Source of the DNA: Chitinophaga pinensis
GTDB lineage: Bacteria > Pseudomonadota > Gammaproteobacteria > Burkholderiales > SG8-41
Length of the DNA stretch: 64,000 bases
Assembly (NCBI GenBank): GCA_943329075.2
Contig: CALQCM020000014.1
Location: 11,076-75,075 of the forward strand
Direction: 5' to 3'
This document shows, in pieces, positions 51,981 through 61,719 of the stretch. Position numbers and translations under genes: made by a program. The notes under the pieces were generated by a model, which worked only from the letters and a program-made list of their open reading frames with translations, was not told the DNA's origin and did no database searches. Numbering within the stretch: position 1 is the first letter of the stretch; each line of letters begins with the position of its first letter.

Positions 51981-52532
51981 CTAGGTTTTGGGTTTAATCG
52001 CCGATTTCGGCCGGAAGGCCTTGACGACGTTTTCGTGCGTTTCGATGTAGGGTCCACCGATCAGATCGATGCAGTAGGGCACGGCGGCGAACACGCCGTC
52101 GAGCGTTTCCTTGATCGCTTTGGGCTGCCCCGGCAGATTGAGGATCAGCGCCTGTTTGCGCACGACACCGACCTGCCGCGACAGGATCGCGGTCGGCACG
52201 TATTTCAGACTGACCTGGCGCATCTGTTCGCCGAAGCCGGGCATCACCTTGTCGGCCACCGCCAGCGTTGCTTCCGGCGTGACGTCGCGCGGCGCCGGGC
52301 CGGTGCCGCCGGTCGTAAGAACAAGGTGGCAATGCGCGGTATCGACCAGCTCTTTCAGCGTTTGTTCGATGACGGCCTGTTCGTCGGGAATCAGGCGCGT
52401 GACCATTTTCCATGGCGAGGACAGCGCGGCGCCGAACCATTCCTGCAGGGCGGGCAGGCCTTTATCTTCATAGACGCCGCTTGATGCGCGGTCGCTGATG
52501 GAAACCAGGCCGATCAGAAGTTCGTCATTCAT
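51981..52532 (-). CDS. mog: molybdopterin adenylyltransferase
   Basis: LIGLVSISDRASSGVYEDKG...LVLTTGGTGPAPRDVTPEAT...LNLPGQPKA is the classic Mog/MoaB pattern. Confidence 0.88.
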   Translation of the reverse strand: MNDELLIGLVSISDRASSGVYEDKGLPALQEWFGAALSSPWKMVTRLIPDEQAVIEQTLKELVDTAHCHLVLTTGGTGPAPRDVTPEATLAVADKVMPGFGEQMRQVSLKYVPTAILSRQVGVVRKQALILNLPGQPKAIKETLDGVFAAVPYCIDLIGGPYIETHENVVKAFRPKSAIKPKT

Positions 52533-52554
52533 GGGCGGATTATAAATGCAGGAT

Positions 52555-53106
52555 TCAGGATTCAGAATCGGGATCGGGATCGGGATCGGAGTCGGGATCG
52601 GTCGGCGCGGTGGCGTCGATGGCGATGCGCAGCGCGCGGAACAGTTCGCGGTATTTTTTCGGCGGTCGCGCGTTTTCGCGGTCGCGTTTGACGCTGGAGA
52701 TCAGCGAACGCAGGCGCTGCAGATCGGTCTGCGGATACTCGTCGGCGAACAGCGTCAGTGCGTCTTCCTCGGCGAGCAGGCGTTCGCGCCAGCGTTCGAT
52801 CTGGTGCTGGATGGTGACTGATTCGCGCGCGACACCCCGCAGGATATCGAGGCGGCTGCGGATCGGCGCCGGTTCGATGTCGCGCATGAGCTTGCCGATA
52901 AACTGCATCTGGCGGCGGCGGCCCTCGAAATTGTGGATGCGCTGCGCCTCGGTAATCGCCTGCACGAGGCGTTCGGGCAGGTCGAACTCGGCGAGTTGGG
53001 CGGCGTTCAGCTCAACCAGTGCGGTGCCGAGGTCCTGCAGCGCGTGCACGTCGCGTTTACGCTGCGATTTGCTCGGTCGGTCGTACGGATTTTCGGTGTC
53101 ATTCAT
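52555..53106 (-). CDS. yjgA: ribosome-associated protein YjgA (DUF615)
   Basis: Start trimmed to MNDTENPYDRPSKSQRKRDVHALQDLG. RRRQMQFIGKLMR motif. Divergent from pmbA, as in enterobacteria. Confidence 0.85.
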   Translation of the reverse strand: MNDTENPYDRPSKSQRKRDVHALQDLGTALVELNAAQLAEFDLPERLVQAITEAQRIHNFEGRRRQMQFIGKLMRDIEPAPIRSRLDILRGVARESVTIQHQIERWRERLLAEEDALTLFADEYPQTDLQRLRSLISSVKRDRENARPPKKYRELFRALRIAIDATAPTDPDSDPDPDPDSES

Positions 53107-53163
53107 TCTGCGGTCACTCGGAACAAGGCTGGTATCATAACGGCTTTTTTGCGGGCATCGTCG

Positions 53164-54528
53164 ATGACGACAGAAATGAAGGCACGACCGGCAGGCGCCG
53201 CGCTGGCGCACGAGGCTTCACAGTTGCGCGAAATCGCCGCCGACGTTCTCACCTACGCGAAAGCCCAGGGCGCGAGTGCGGCCGAGGCCGAGGTTTCAGA
53301 GGGTGTCGGCCAGACGGTCACTGTGCGCTGCGGTGAAGTCGAGACCATCGAATACAACCGCGACAAGGGCATCGGCGTGTCGGTTTACTTCGGCAAACGC
53401 CGCGGCCACGCTAGTACTTCGGATTTTTCACCGCAGGCGGTGCGCGCCACCGTCGATGCGGCAGTGTCGATCGCGCGTTTTACCGCCAGTGACGATTACG
53501 CCGGGCTTGCCGACGAGGCGCTGCTGGCGCGCGAGATCCCTGACCTCGATCTGTACCATCCGTGGGAGCTGCCGGTCGAACGCGCCATTGAAATGGCACA
53601 GGCCTGTGAAAGCGCCGCCTTCAAGGTCAGCAAGCGCATCGATAATTCCGAGGGCGCCACGGTGTCGCTGCAGCATTCGCATTTTGCCTATGGCAATTCG
53701 CTGGGCTTTTTATCCGGCTATCCGAGTTCGCGCCACTGGCTGAGCTGCGCAGTGATCGCCGGCAAGGGCGACGCGATGCAGCGCGACGACTGGTACAGCT
53801 CGGCGCGCAATGCCGCCGAACTCGATGCGCCGGAGCACATCGGTCGCACCGCCGGCGAACGCGCGGTGCGCCGCCTCGGTGCCAAAAAAATTGCGACGAC
53901 GCAGGTCCCGGTTTTGTTCGAGGCGCCGGTGGCGGCATCCCTGCTCGGACATTTCGTCTCGGCGGTGAGCGGCGGCAGTCTGTACCGCAAGTCGTCGTTT
54001 CTCGTCGACAGTCTGGGCAAGGAGATATTCGCGCCGCTGGTGAAGATCAGCGAAGACCCCCACATCCGCGGCGCACTTGCCAGCGGTCCCTTTGATGAAG
54101 AGGGCGTGGCGACCCGGCAGCGCAATGTCGTCGAGGCCGGCGTGCTGCAGGGTTATTTTCTCGGCAGTTATTCGGCGCGCAAGCTCGGCATGCAGACCAC
54201 CGGCAACGCCGGCGGTTGCCACAATCTGCTGCTGGCCGACACTGGCGAGGATTTTGCCGCGCTATTGAAAAAGATGGGCCGCGGCCTGCTGGTGACCGAG
54301 TTGATGGGGCAGGGCATCAACATGGTAACCGGCGATTATTCGCGCGGCGCCTCGGGGTTCTGGGTCGAGAACGGCGAAATTGCCTACCCGGTGCAGGAGA
54401 TCACCATCGCCGGTAATCTCAAAGACATGTTCCGCGGCGTTGCCGCGGCGGGCAGCGATGTGCTCAGGCGCGGTTCCAAACATTGCGGCTCGATATTGAT
54501 CGACCGCATGACCATCGCCGGCGATTGA
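53164..54528 (+). CDS. pmbA: metalloprotease PmbA (TldE)
   Basis: Start at MTTEMKARP. PmbA_TldD pattern (GVGVSVYFGKRRGHASTSDFS...GDYSRGASGFWVENGEIAYPV). Confidence 0.9.
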   Translation: MTTEMKARPAGAALAHEASQLREIAADVLTYAKAQGASAAEAEVSEGVGQTVTVRCGEVETIEYNRDKGIGVSVYFGKRRGHASTSDFSPQAVRATVDAAVSIARFTASDDYAGLADEALLAREIPDLDLYHPWELPVERAIEMAQACESAAFKVSKRIDNSEGATVSLQHSHFAYGNSLGFLSGYPSSRHWLSCAVIAGKGDAMQRDDWYSSARNAAELDAPEHIGRTAGERAVRRLGAKKIATTQVPVLFEAPVAASLLGHFVSAVSGGSLYRKSSFLVDSLGKEIFAPLVKISEDPHIRGALASGPFDEEGVATRQRNVVEAGVLQGYFLGSYSARKLGMQTTGNAGGCHNLLLADTGEDFAALLKKMGRGLLVTELMGQGINMVTGDYSRGASGFWVENGEIAYPVQEITIAGNLKDMFRGVAAAGSDVLRRGSKHCGSILIDRMTIAGD

Positions 54529-54597
54529 GCCGATGCTGGCGGCGTCGGCACGCAATAGAATTCAGACCAGGCAAAAAATAATCTACCGGAGGACACC

Positions 54598-55683
54598 ATG
54601 AAAAGACGTGCATTCCTGAAACAGGCGGCGGCAGGCGTTGCCGCGGGCGCAGTTGCTGCACCGGCGATCGCGCAGTCGCAGCCAACCATTACGTGGCGGC
54701 TGGCGTCGAGTTTCCCGAAGAGCCTCGACACCATCTTCGGCGCGACCGAGGTGTTCTCCAGACGTCTCGCTGAAATTACCGAGAACAAATTCCAGGTGCG
54801 CGTTTTTGCGGCGGGGGAAATCGTGCCGGGTCTGCAGGTGCTCGATGCGGTGCAGAACAGCACCGTCGAAATGGGGCACACCGCTGCCTACTATTATGTC
54901 GGCAAGGAGCCGGCGCTGGCCTTTGGCACCTGCCTGCCCTTCGGCTTCAATGCGCGCCAGCACATGGCGTGGAAGCTCTACGGCGGCGGCAATGAAGCAA
55001 TGGCGCCGCTCTATAAGGAATACGGCGTCACGCATTTCCCCTGCGGCAACACCGGCGTGCAGATGGGCGGCTGGTTCCGCAAGGAGATCAAGACGGTCGC
55101 CGATCTGAAAGGCCTGAAGATGCGCATTGCCGGGCTCGCCGGTCAGGTGATGTCCAAGATGGGTGTTGTCACGCAACAGATCGCCGGCGGTGATATTTAT
55201 CCGGCGCTCGAACGCGGCACCATCGACGCCGCCGAATGGGTCGGCCCTTACGACGACGAAAAGCTCGGCTTCAACAAGGTCGCCAAGTTCTATTATTACC
55301 CGGGTTGGTGGGAAGGCGGCCCCGAGCTGTCGCTCTTCATCAACGAAAAGAAATGGGCTGAATTGCCGAGGCATTATCAGGCTGCGGTCGAAGCCGCCGC
55401 CGCCGATGCCAACATGCATACGCTGGCGCGTTATGACGCGAAGAGCCCGGATGCGCTGAAACGCCTGGTCGCCAGCGGCACGCAGCTGCGGCCGTTTCCA
55501 CGGCCGGTTATGGAAGCCTGTGAAAAAGCCGCATTCGAGCTCTACGACGAGCTGTCCGAAAAGAGCGCGCACTGGAAACGCATTTTCCCGGGCTGGAAAA
55601 AATTCCGCGACGACCAGCAACTGTGGTTCCGCGTTGCCGAGTACGGCTTCGATTCGTTTGCGTATACCCCGCGCAAGAAGTAG
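54598..55683 (+). CDS. TRAP transporter substrate-binding protein (DctP family, Tat-type signal)
   Basis: MKRRAFLKQAAAGVAAGAVAAPAIAQ. WRLASSFPKSLD...GGWFRKEI is typical of the COG4663-type TRAP SBP. Confidence 0.9.
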   Translation: MKRRAFLKQAAAGVAAGAVAAPAIAQSQPTITWRLASSFPKSLDTIFGATEVFSRRLAEITENKFQVRVFAAGEIVPGLQVLDAVQNSTVEMGHTAAYYYVGKEPALAFGTCLPFGFNARQHMAWKLYGGGNEAMAPLYKEYGVTHFPCGNTGVQMGGWFRKEIKTVADLKGLKMRIAGLAGQVMSKMGVVTQQIAGGDIYPALERGTIDAAEWVGPYDDEKLGFNKVAKFYYYPGWWEGGPELSLFINEKKWAELPRHYQAAVEAAAADANMHTLARYDAKSPDALKRLVASGTQLRPFPRPVMEACEKAAFELYDELSEKSAHWKRIFPGWKKFRDDQQLWFRVAEYGFDSFAYTPRKK

Positions 55684-55733
55684 GCGCGGAGAACTTCATC
55701 GCCCGCGCAAGAAGCGGGCGTCGGCGCAACAAT

Positions 55734-55762
55734 AAAAAACCCCGCTGCGACGGGGTTTTTTA
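55734..55762. terminator. bidirectional rho-independent terminator
   Basis: AAAAAACCCCG-CTGCGA-CGGGGTTTTTT between the convergent dctP-like (+) and dctM-like (-) genes. Confidence 0.8.
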
Positions 55763-55781
55763 TTGCCTGTGGATCACGGAA

Positions 55782-57440
55782 TCACTTGCTGTTGCGGATC
55801 GCTTTTTCAAGATCGGCGGCGGCGTTGTCTTCTTCGGTTTGCGCATTGCTGGCTTTTTCCGCAGCGGTCGCGCCCGGTGTATCGACCGGTGGCGCTTCCA
55901 TCTGGATTTCAATCGACGTCGGTGCCGCGGTCGGGCCCTTGTCGATGAAACTCGTCACCAGTCCGGGGAAGGCGATGATAATGCTGACGAGGATCAGTTG
56001 CAGTACCACCCACGGGATCGCGCCCCAGTAAATGTCGGAACTCTTGACCTCTTTCGGCGCGATACCGCGCAGGTAGAACAGCGCGAAGCCGAACGGCGGA
56101 TGCATGAACGAGGTCTGCAGATTGGCGCCGAGCAGCACACCGAACCAGATCAGATCGATGCCCAGCTTGTCGGCGACCGGCGCGAGCAAGGGGATGATGA
56201 TAAAGGCGATCTCGAAATAATCGAGGAAGAAGGCGAGGAAGAAGACGAACAGGTTGACGAAGATGAGGAAGCCCACCACGCCGCCGGGCAGTGAGGTCAG
56301 CATGTGTTCGATCCACAGATCGCCATCGACGCCGCGGAAAACGAGACCAAACACCGTCGAACCGACGAGGATGAATATCACCATCGCGCTGATGCGCATG
56401 GTCGATTGCGAGGCTTCCCAGATCAGGCCGCGCAGCTTGACGATGAACACGGCTTCGAGCAGCACCAAAACGAGGCCGATGTAGAAAACGACGAACAGCG
56501 GTTTTTCCACGACTGCGAGCAGGCCCGCCGTCACGCTGCCCATCAACGACAGCGCGGTGATCAATACCATGGTGACCAGCGCAATGAAGGCGGCGTACTT
56601 GCCGCGCGTCGAGAACTGATCGCTGTGCAGCACCGCCAGCACGATGGCACCCACCGCGCCCATTGCGCCGCCTTCGGTCGGTGTCGCCAGCCCCATCAGG
56701 ATGGTGCCGAGTACGAGGAAGATCAGCACGATCGACGGCACCATGCCCCACAGGCATTTGCGGATGAGTGGCCAGCCGTTCAGGGTGCGCGCCTCCGGCG
56801 GTAGCGCCGGCATGTCGAGCGGGCGCACGATACTGAGTATGGCGATGTAAGCGCAGAACAGCAGCACCTGCACGATGCTGGGGCCGATCGCGCCGGCATA
56901 CATGTCGCCGACCGAACGACCGAGCTGGTCGGCCAGCACGACCAGCACCAGCGAGGGCGGGATCAGTTGCGTGATGGTGCCGGAAGCGGCAATGACACCG
57001 GTGGCGAGCCGCATGTTGTAGCCGTAGCGCATCATGATCGGCAGCGAAATGATGCCCATCGCGATCACCGAGGCGGCGACCGTGCCGGTGATGGCGCCGA
57101 GAATGGCGCCGACGATGATCACCGCATAGGCGAGCCCGCCGCGCACCGGGCCGAACAGTTGCCCCATGCTGTCGAGCAGGTCCTCAGCGAGACCGCAGCG
57201 TTCGAGAATCGCGCCCATGAAAGTGAAAAACGGGATCGCCAGCAGCAGTTCGTTCGAGATGATGCCGAACACGCGTTCCGGCAGCGCCTGCAGCAGCGCG
57301 GTCTGGAAGAAACCGAGTTCGATGCCGATGAGGCCGAAGAACAGGCCGACCGCAGCGAGTGAGAACGCCACCGGATAACCGATCAGCATGAACACGATCA
57401 GGCCGCCGAACATCAGCGGCGCCATAATCTCGCGCGTCAT
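55782..57440 (-). CDS. TRAP transporter large permease (DctM family) with low-complexity C-terminal tail
   Basis: 552 aa, polytopic. The last ~50 aa are Ala/Glu/Pro-rich (PTAAPTSIEIQMEAPPVDTPGATAAEKASNAQTEEDNAAADLEKAIRNSK). Confidence 0.9.
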   Translation of the reverse strand: MTREIMAPLMFGGLIVFMLIGYPVAFSLAAVGLFFGLIGIELGFFQTALLQALPERVFGIISNELLLAIPFFTFMGAILERCGLAEDLLDSMGQLFGPVRGGLAYAVIIVGAILGAITGTVAASVIAMGIISLPIMMRYGYNMRLATGVIAASGTITQLIPPSLVLVVLADQLGRSVGDMYAGAIGPSIVQVLLFCAYIAILSIVRPLDMPALPPEARTLNGWPLIRKCLWGMVPSIVLIFLVLGTILMGLATPTEGGAMGAVGAIVLAVLHSDQFSTRGKYAAFIALVTMVLITALSLMGSVTAGLLAVVEKPLFVVFYIGLVLVLLEAVFIVKLRGLIWEASQSTMRISAMVIFILVGSTVFGLVFRGVDGDLWIEHMLTSLPGGVVGFLIFVNLFVFFLAFFLDYFEIAFIIIPLLAPVADKLGIDLIWFGVLLGANLQTSFMHPPFGFALFYLRGIAPKEVKSSDIYWGAIPWVVLQLILVSIIIAFPGLVTSFIDKGPTAAPTSIEIQMEAPPVDTPGATAAEKASNAQTEEDNAAADLEKAIRNSK

Positions 57441-58036
57441 TGCAGCGGCCTTTCGTAGTGCACGTCGGCGGTCAGGTGTCCCGTCAGCATGGCAATGCGT
57501 TTGATGACTTCAGAGATGCCCTGCAGCGTCAGCAGCCAGAAACCGAGCGGGATCATCAGCTTGATCGGCCAGCGCAGGAGCCCGCCGGCGTTGCTGGAGA
57601 TTTCATTCTGCGCAAAGGAATTGTGAAACATCGGCCATGCCAGCCAGCCGATGATGATGGTTGCCGGCAACAGAAACAGCACACCGCCGATGATGTCGAT
57701 CCAGATCTGCGCGCGGGTCGAGAGGTGGCCGTAAACGATGTCGACGCGCACGTGCTCGTTTTTCTTCAGCGTATACGAGGCGCCGAGCAGGATCATGGCG
57801 CCGAACATGTACCACTGGATTTCCAGCCAGGCATTCGAGCTCAGGCTGAAGGAGTAACGCGAAAACGCATTGCCGGCGCTGATCAGGCAGGACAGCAGCA
57901 CCATCCAGTCGGCGAACACCGCGACTTTCTGGTTCAGGCGGTCGATCAGGCTGGAGAACGCCAGCAGCTTTTCCAATTTCTTCGTCTCCGGAAACGGCTT
58001 GTTATCGGCGGGGCGGACGGCGCCAATGATACGCAA
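57437..58036 (-). CDS. TRAP transporter small permease (DctQ family)
   Basis: 4-nt overlap with dctM. Four hydrophobic helices. TTG start at 58036, so the start is uncertain. Confidence 0.8.
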   Translation of the reverse strand: MRIIGAVRPADNKPFPETKKLEKLLAFSSLIDRLNQKVAVFADWMVLLSCLISAGNAFSRYSFSLSSNAWLEIQWYMFGAMILLGASYTLKKNEHVRVDIVYGHLSTRAQIWIDIIGGVLFLLPATIIIGWLAWPMFHNSFAQNEISSNAGGLLRWPIKLMIPLGFWLLTLQGISEVIKRIAMLTGHLTADVHYERPLQ

Positions 58037-58138
58037 GTTGCGTGCCCGCAGGCAAAAAAAGCGGCCCCCGCACCCTGCGGGGCGGTGACTAATAATGCTA
58101 AAATCAATCGTTTACAAACCAAAGACTGACTTGCTGCC

Positions 58139-59386
58139 ATGTTTTCACGCAACGACAAAATTTCCACCTTCGACCCCGAATTGTGGTCGGCAATTTCACG
58201 CGAAGTGCAGCGTCAGGAAGACCATATCGAGCTGATCGCCTCCGAAAACTATGCCAGCCCGCGGGTGCTTGAAGCGCAGGGCTCGGTGCTGACGAATAAA
58301 TACGCCGAGGGTTATCCCGGCAAGCGCTATTACGGTGGCTGTGAGTTCGTCGATATTGCCGAGCAACTGGCGATCGACCGCGCGAAAAAGCTGTTTGGGG
58401 CGGAATACGCCAACGTGCAGCCGCATTCGGGCTCGCAGGCCAACTTCGCCGTTTACACGGCGATGCTGAAGCCCGGTGACACCATCCTCGGCATGTCGCT
58501 GGCGCACGGCGGGCATCTGACCCACGGCGCTTCGGTCAATCTCTCCGGCAAACTCTACAACGTCGTCACCTACGGGCTCGATCCGAAGACCGAGGAAATT
58601 GATTACGCCGAGGTCGAGCGCCTCGCCCGCGAACACAAACCGAAGATGATCGTCACCGGTGCGTCGGCCTATGCGCTGGCGATAGACTGGCAACGTTTCC
58701 GCGCCATCGCCGATGCCGTCGGCGCTCTGCTGATGTCCGACATTGCCCACTACGCCGGGCTGGTGGCGACAGGGTTGTATCCCTCGCCGGTCGGCATTGC
58801 CGATTTCGTCACCAGCACCACGCACAAGACGCTGCGCGGCCCGCGCGGCGGCCTGATTCTGGCCGGTGCGCAGCATGAAAAAGCGCTTAACTCGGCGATC
58901 TTTCCCTCGACGCAGGGTGGCCCGCTGATGCATGTCATCGCCGCCAAGGCGGTGGCCTTGCAGGAGGCGCTGCAACCCGAGTTCAAGGTCTACCAGCAGA
59001 AGGTGCTGGATAACGCCAAGACCATGGCCGGTGCACTACAAGAGCGCGGCCTGCGCATCGTTTCGGGGCGCACCGACTGCCACCTGTTCCTGGTTGACCT
59101 GCAGGCGAAGAAGATCACCGGCAAGGAGGCCGAGAACGTGCTCGGGCGCGCCCACATCACGGTCAATAAAAACGCCATCCCGAACGACCCGCAGAAACCG
59201 ATGGTCACCAGTGGCATCCGTCTGGGTTCGCCGGCGATCACCACGCGCGGCTTCGGTGCCGCCGAAACCCGCCAGCTTGCGAACCTTATTGCCGATGTGC
59301 TCGATGCACCGGCCGACGAAAAAGTGATCGCCCGCGTGGCAGACGAGGTCAAGGCGATCTGCGCGAAGCTGCCGGTCTACGGCTGA
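58139..59386 (+). CDS. glyA: serine hydroxymethyltransferase
   Basis: [33 protein letters not shown] (PLP lysine), 415 aa. Confidence 0.97.
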   Translation: MFSRNDKISTFDPELWSAISREVQRQEDHIELIASENYASPRVLEAQGSVLTNKYAEGYPGKRYYGGCEFVDIAEQLAIDRAKKLFGAEYANVQPHSGSQANFAVYTAMLKPGDTILGMSLAHGGHLTHGASVNLSGKLYNVVTYGLDPKTEEIDYAEVERLAREHKPKMIVTGASAYALAIDWQRFRAIADAVGALLMSDIAHYAGLVATGLYPSPVGIADFVTSTTHKTLRGPRGGLILAGAQHEKALNSAIFPSTQGGPLMHVIAAKAVALQEALQPEFKVYQQKVLDNAKTMAGALQERGLRIVSGRTDCHLFLVDLQAKKITGKEAENVLGRAHITVNKNAIPNDPQKPMVTSGIRLGSPAITTRGFGAAETRQLANLIADVLDAPADEKVIARVADEVKAICAKLPVYG

Positions 59387-59390
59387 GAAG

Positions 59391-59460
59391 CAGGATTGAG
59401 GCTCGAGGATTGAGCAAAATCATGCTGCGGTTTTTAACTCTATCCTCAATCCTCATTCCG
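59391..59460. repeat. GGATTGAG-unit inverted repeat element
   Basis: Forward units CAGGATTGAGG and GAGGATTGAGC, then a CAAAA...TTTTT spacer, then the reverse units CCTCAATCCTC. Lies between glyA and nrdR. Confidence 0.7.
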
Positions 59461-59471
59461 CAATCCTAAAA

Positions 59472-59933
59472 ATGCATTGTCCGTTCTGTAAAGACGAAAA
59501 CACCCAGGTCATCGATTCGCGTGTGAGCGAGGCGGGCGACAGCATCCGCCGGCGCCGCCGCTGCCCGGCCTGCAACAAGCGTTTCACGACCTATGAAACC
59601 GTCGAGCTGCGTATGCCGCAGGTGGTCAAGCAGGATGGCAGCCGCACCGAGTTTGATCAGGAAAAACTGCGCACCGGTTTCATGCGTGCGCTGCACAAGC
59701 GGCCGGTGCCGACGCCGCTGGTCGATGATGCAATTCTCTCGATCACGCAGCAGGTGCTCGCACTCGGCGAACGCGAGCTGCCGTCGCGGCGCATCGGCGA
59801 GATGGTAATGAAGGAGCTCTACAAACTCGACGACGTGGCCTACATCCGCTTCGCGTCGGTCTACAAGAGCTTTCAGGACATCGATGATTTTCAGGATGCC
59901 ATCAAGGAAGTGCGCAAGCCGATTAAGAAATAG
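59472..59933 (+). CDS. nrdR: transcriptional repressor NrdR
   Basis: [18 protein letters not shown]...[16 protein letters not shown] zinc ribbon followed by an ATP-cone. Confidence 0.95.
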   Translation: MHCPFCKDENTQVIDSRVSEAGDSIRRRRRCPACNKRFTTYETVELRMPQVVKQDGSRTEFDQEKLRTGFMRALHKRPVPTPLVDDAILSITQQVLALGERELPSRRIGEMVMKELYKLDDVAYIRFASVYKSFQDIDDFQDAIKEVRKPIKK

Positions 59934-60040
59934 GATTGAGGATTGAGGATTGAGCAAAAAGCAGGATTGAGAGAATCACAGGATTGAGCGAACCGATCCG
60001 TTGGCAAGAACTCTAATTTTCTCAATCCTCAATCCTCGAT
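59932..60040. repeat. GGATTGAG-unit tandem plus inverted repeat element
   Basis: (AGGATTG)x3 at 59932-59952 and two further forward units at 59963 and 59981. Reverse units CTCAATCCTCAATCCTC at 60021-60037. The 3' end is homologous to the element upstream of nrdR. Confidence 0.75.
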
Positions 60041-60051
60041 CCCGCAATTAA

Positions 60052-61128
60052 ATGACTGACGACGCTTACATGGCACGCACACTGGCGCTGGCGGAACGCG
60101 GTCTTTACACGACCACGCCGAATCCGCGCGTCGGCTGCGTACTGGTGCGCGATGGCGCCATCGTCGGCGAGGGCTGGCATGCGCGCGCCGGCGAGCCGCA
60201 TGCCGAAGTCATTGCGTTGAAAGCGGCGGGCGCACGCGCGCGCGGCGCCACCGCCTACGTTGCGCTTGAACCCTGCCATCATCATGGCCGCACGCCACCC
60301 TGCGACGAAGCGCTGATAGCGGCCGGTATCAAGCGCGTGGTGGCGGCGATGCAGGACCCCGACCCGCGCACGGCAGGCCAGGGCTTCGCCCGCTTGCGCG
60401 CGGCCCATATCGAGACGCTGTGCGGCGTGCGCGAAACGGAGTCGCGTGAACTGAACATCGGTTTTGTTTCACGGCTGACGCGCGGCCGGCCGTGGCTGCG
60501 CATGAAAATCGCGGCGAGCCTCGACGGCCGCACCGCGCTGGCCAACGGCCAGAGCCAGTGGATCACCGGCAGCGAGGCGCGGCGTGACGGCCATCACTGG
60601 CGCGCCCGCGCTTGCGCGATACTGACCGGCATTGGCACGGTGAAGGACGACGATCCGCAACTCAACGTGCGCGAAGTCGAAACAACGCGCCAGCCGTTGC
60701 GCGTGGTGGTCGACAGCCGGCTGGAAACGCCGCCGGCGGCGAAAATTCTCACGGGTGGCGGCACGCTGATTTTCTGCGCGCGCGATGACGCCGCCAGAAG
60801 CAAAGCGCTGCGTGAACGCGGCGCCGAAATCGTCGTCTTGCCGAACGCTTCGGGCAAGGTCGAACTGCCGGCGCTGCTGGCTGAACTTGGTCGCCGCGGC
60901 ATCAATGAACTGCACGTCGAGGCCGGGCACAAACTCAACGGCTCGCTGATCCGCGAAGGTTGTGTTGATGAACTGCTGGTGTATCTCGCGCCCTGCCTGC
61001 TTGGCGACACGGCGCAGGGCATGGCGGCATTGCCGGCGCTGGCGTCGCTGCAGGCGCGGCAGAAACTGGTGATCAATGAAACCCGCATGATCGGCGGCGA
61101 TCTGCGTTTACTGGCGAGGTTGGTCTGA
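60052..61128 (+). CDS. ribD: bifunctional diaminohydroxyphosphoribosylaminopyrimidine deaminase / 5-amino-6-(5-phosphoribosylamino)uracil reductase
   Basis: HAEVIAL and PCHHHGRTPPC deaminase Zn motifs, followed by the reductase domain. Confidence 0.95.
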   Translation: MTDDAYMARTLALAERGLYTTTPNPRVGCVLVRDGAIVGEGWHARAGEPHAEVIALKAAGARARGATAYVALEPCHHHGRTPPCDEALIAAGIKRVVAAMQDPDPRTAGQGFARLRAAHIETLCGVRETESRELNIGFVSRLTRGRPWLRMKIAASLDGRTALANGQSQWITGSEARRDGHHWRARACAILTGIGTVKDDDPQLNVREVETTRQPLRVVVDSRLETPPAAKILTGGGTLIFCARDDAARSKALRERGAEIVVLPNASGKVELPALLAELGRRGINELHVEAGHKLNGSLIREGCVDELLVYLAPCLLGDTAQGMAALPALASLQARQKLVINETRMIGGDLRLLARLV

Positions 61129-61718
61129 TGTTTACCGGCATTATCCAGGCGGTGGGAAAAATCGGCGCGGTGTCGCCGACCAGCGGCGGCGTGCGCATCG
61201 GCATTGACAGCGGGGCGCTCGATCTCACTGGTGTCAAATTGGGCGACAGCATCGCCGTCAACGGCGCCTGCCTCACTGTGGTGGGACTGGCGGCGCCGCG
61301 GCTGGCCTTCGACTTGTCGCGCGAGACGCTGGCCTGCACCGCTGGTTTCGTGGCCGGTGCGCCGGTCAATCTGGAAAAATCGCTGCGGGTCGGCGACGGC
61401 CTCGACGGTCATATCGTCAGCGGGCATGTCGACGGCATCGGCAGCGTGCTGCGTTTTGACGCGGTTGGCGACAACCGCACGCTGGCGGTCGAAGTGCCGC
61501 GCGAACTGGCAAAATACGTCGCGCGCAAAGGCTCGGTCGCGGTGGACGGCGTGAGCCTCACGGTCAATGCGGTCGAAGACTGTGTGTTTGAAGTCAATCT
61601 CATCCCGCATACGTTGCAGGCAACCAATCTCGGCGTTTTGGCGGCCGGCAAAAAAGTAAACATCGAAGTCGATACAATCGCCCGTTACGCCGAGCGATTA
61701 TCCCAATTCAGGAACTAA
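61128..61718 (+). CDS. ribE: riboflavin synthase
   Basis: [11 protein letters not shown]-terminus. Two lumazine-binding repeats ([13 protein letters not shown] and [12 protein letters not shown]). Confidence 0.93.
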   Translation: MFTGIIQAVGKIGAVSPTSGGVRIGIDSGALDLTGVKLGDSIAVNGACLTVVGLAAPRLAFDLSRETLACTAGFVAGAPVNLEKSLRVGDGLDGHIVSGHVDGIGSVLRFDAVGDNRTLAVEVPRELAKYVARKGSVAVDGVSLTVNAVEDCVFEVNLIPHTLQATNLGVLAAGKKVNIEVDTIARYAERLSQFRN

Positions 61719-61719
61719 C

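Noticed and set aside
58037-58138. Possible riboswitch (e.g. ZTP/pfl or THF type) upstream of glyA
   Set aside because: The leader is only ~100 nt and contains one simple GC hairpin (GCCCCCGCACCCTGCGGGGC). I could not find the conserved ZTP core (e.g. CCGCCTGGGC-type pseudoknot strand) or other known riboswitch cores.
59387-60051. CRISPR-like array of GGATTGAG repeats
   Set aside because: The units are only 7-10 nt, occur in both orientations, have no 25-40-nt direct repeats with unique spacers, and have no cas genes nearby. They are REP-like structures, not a CRISPR array.
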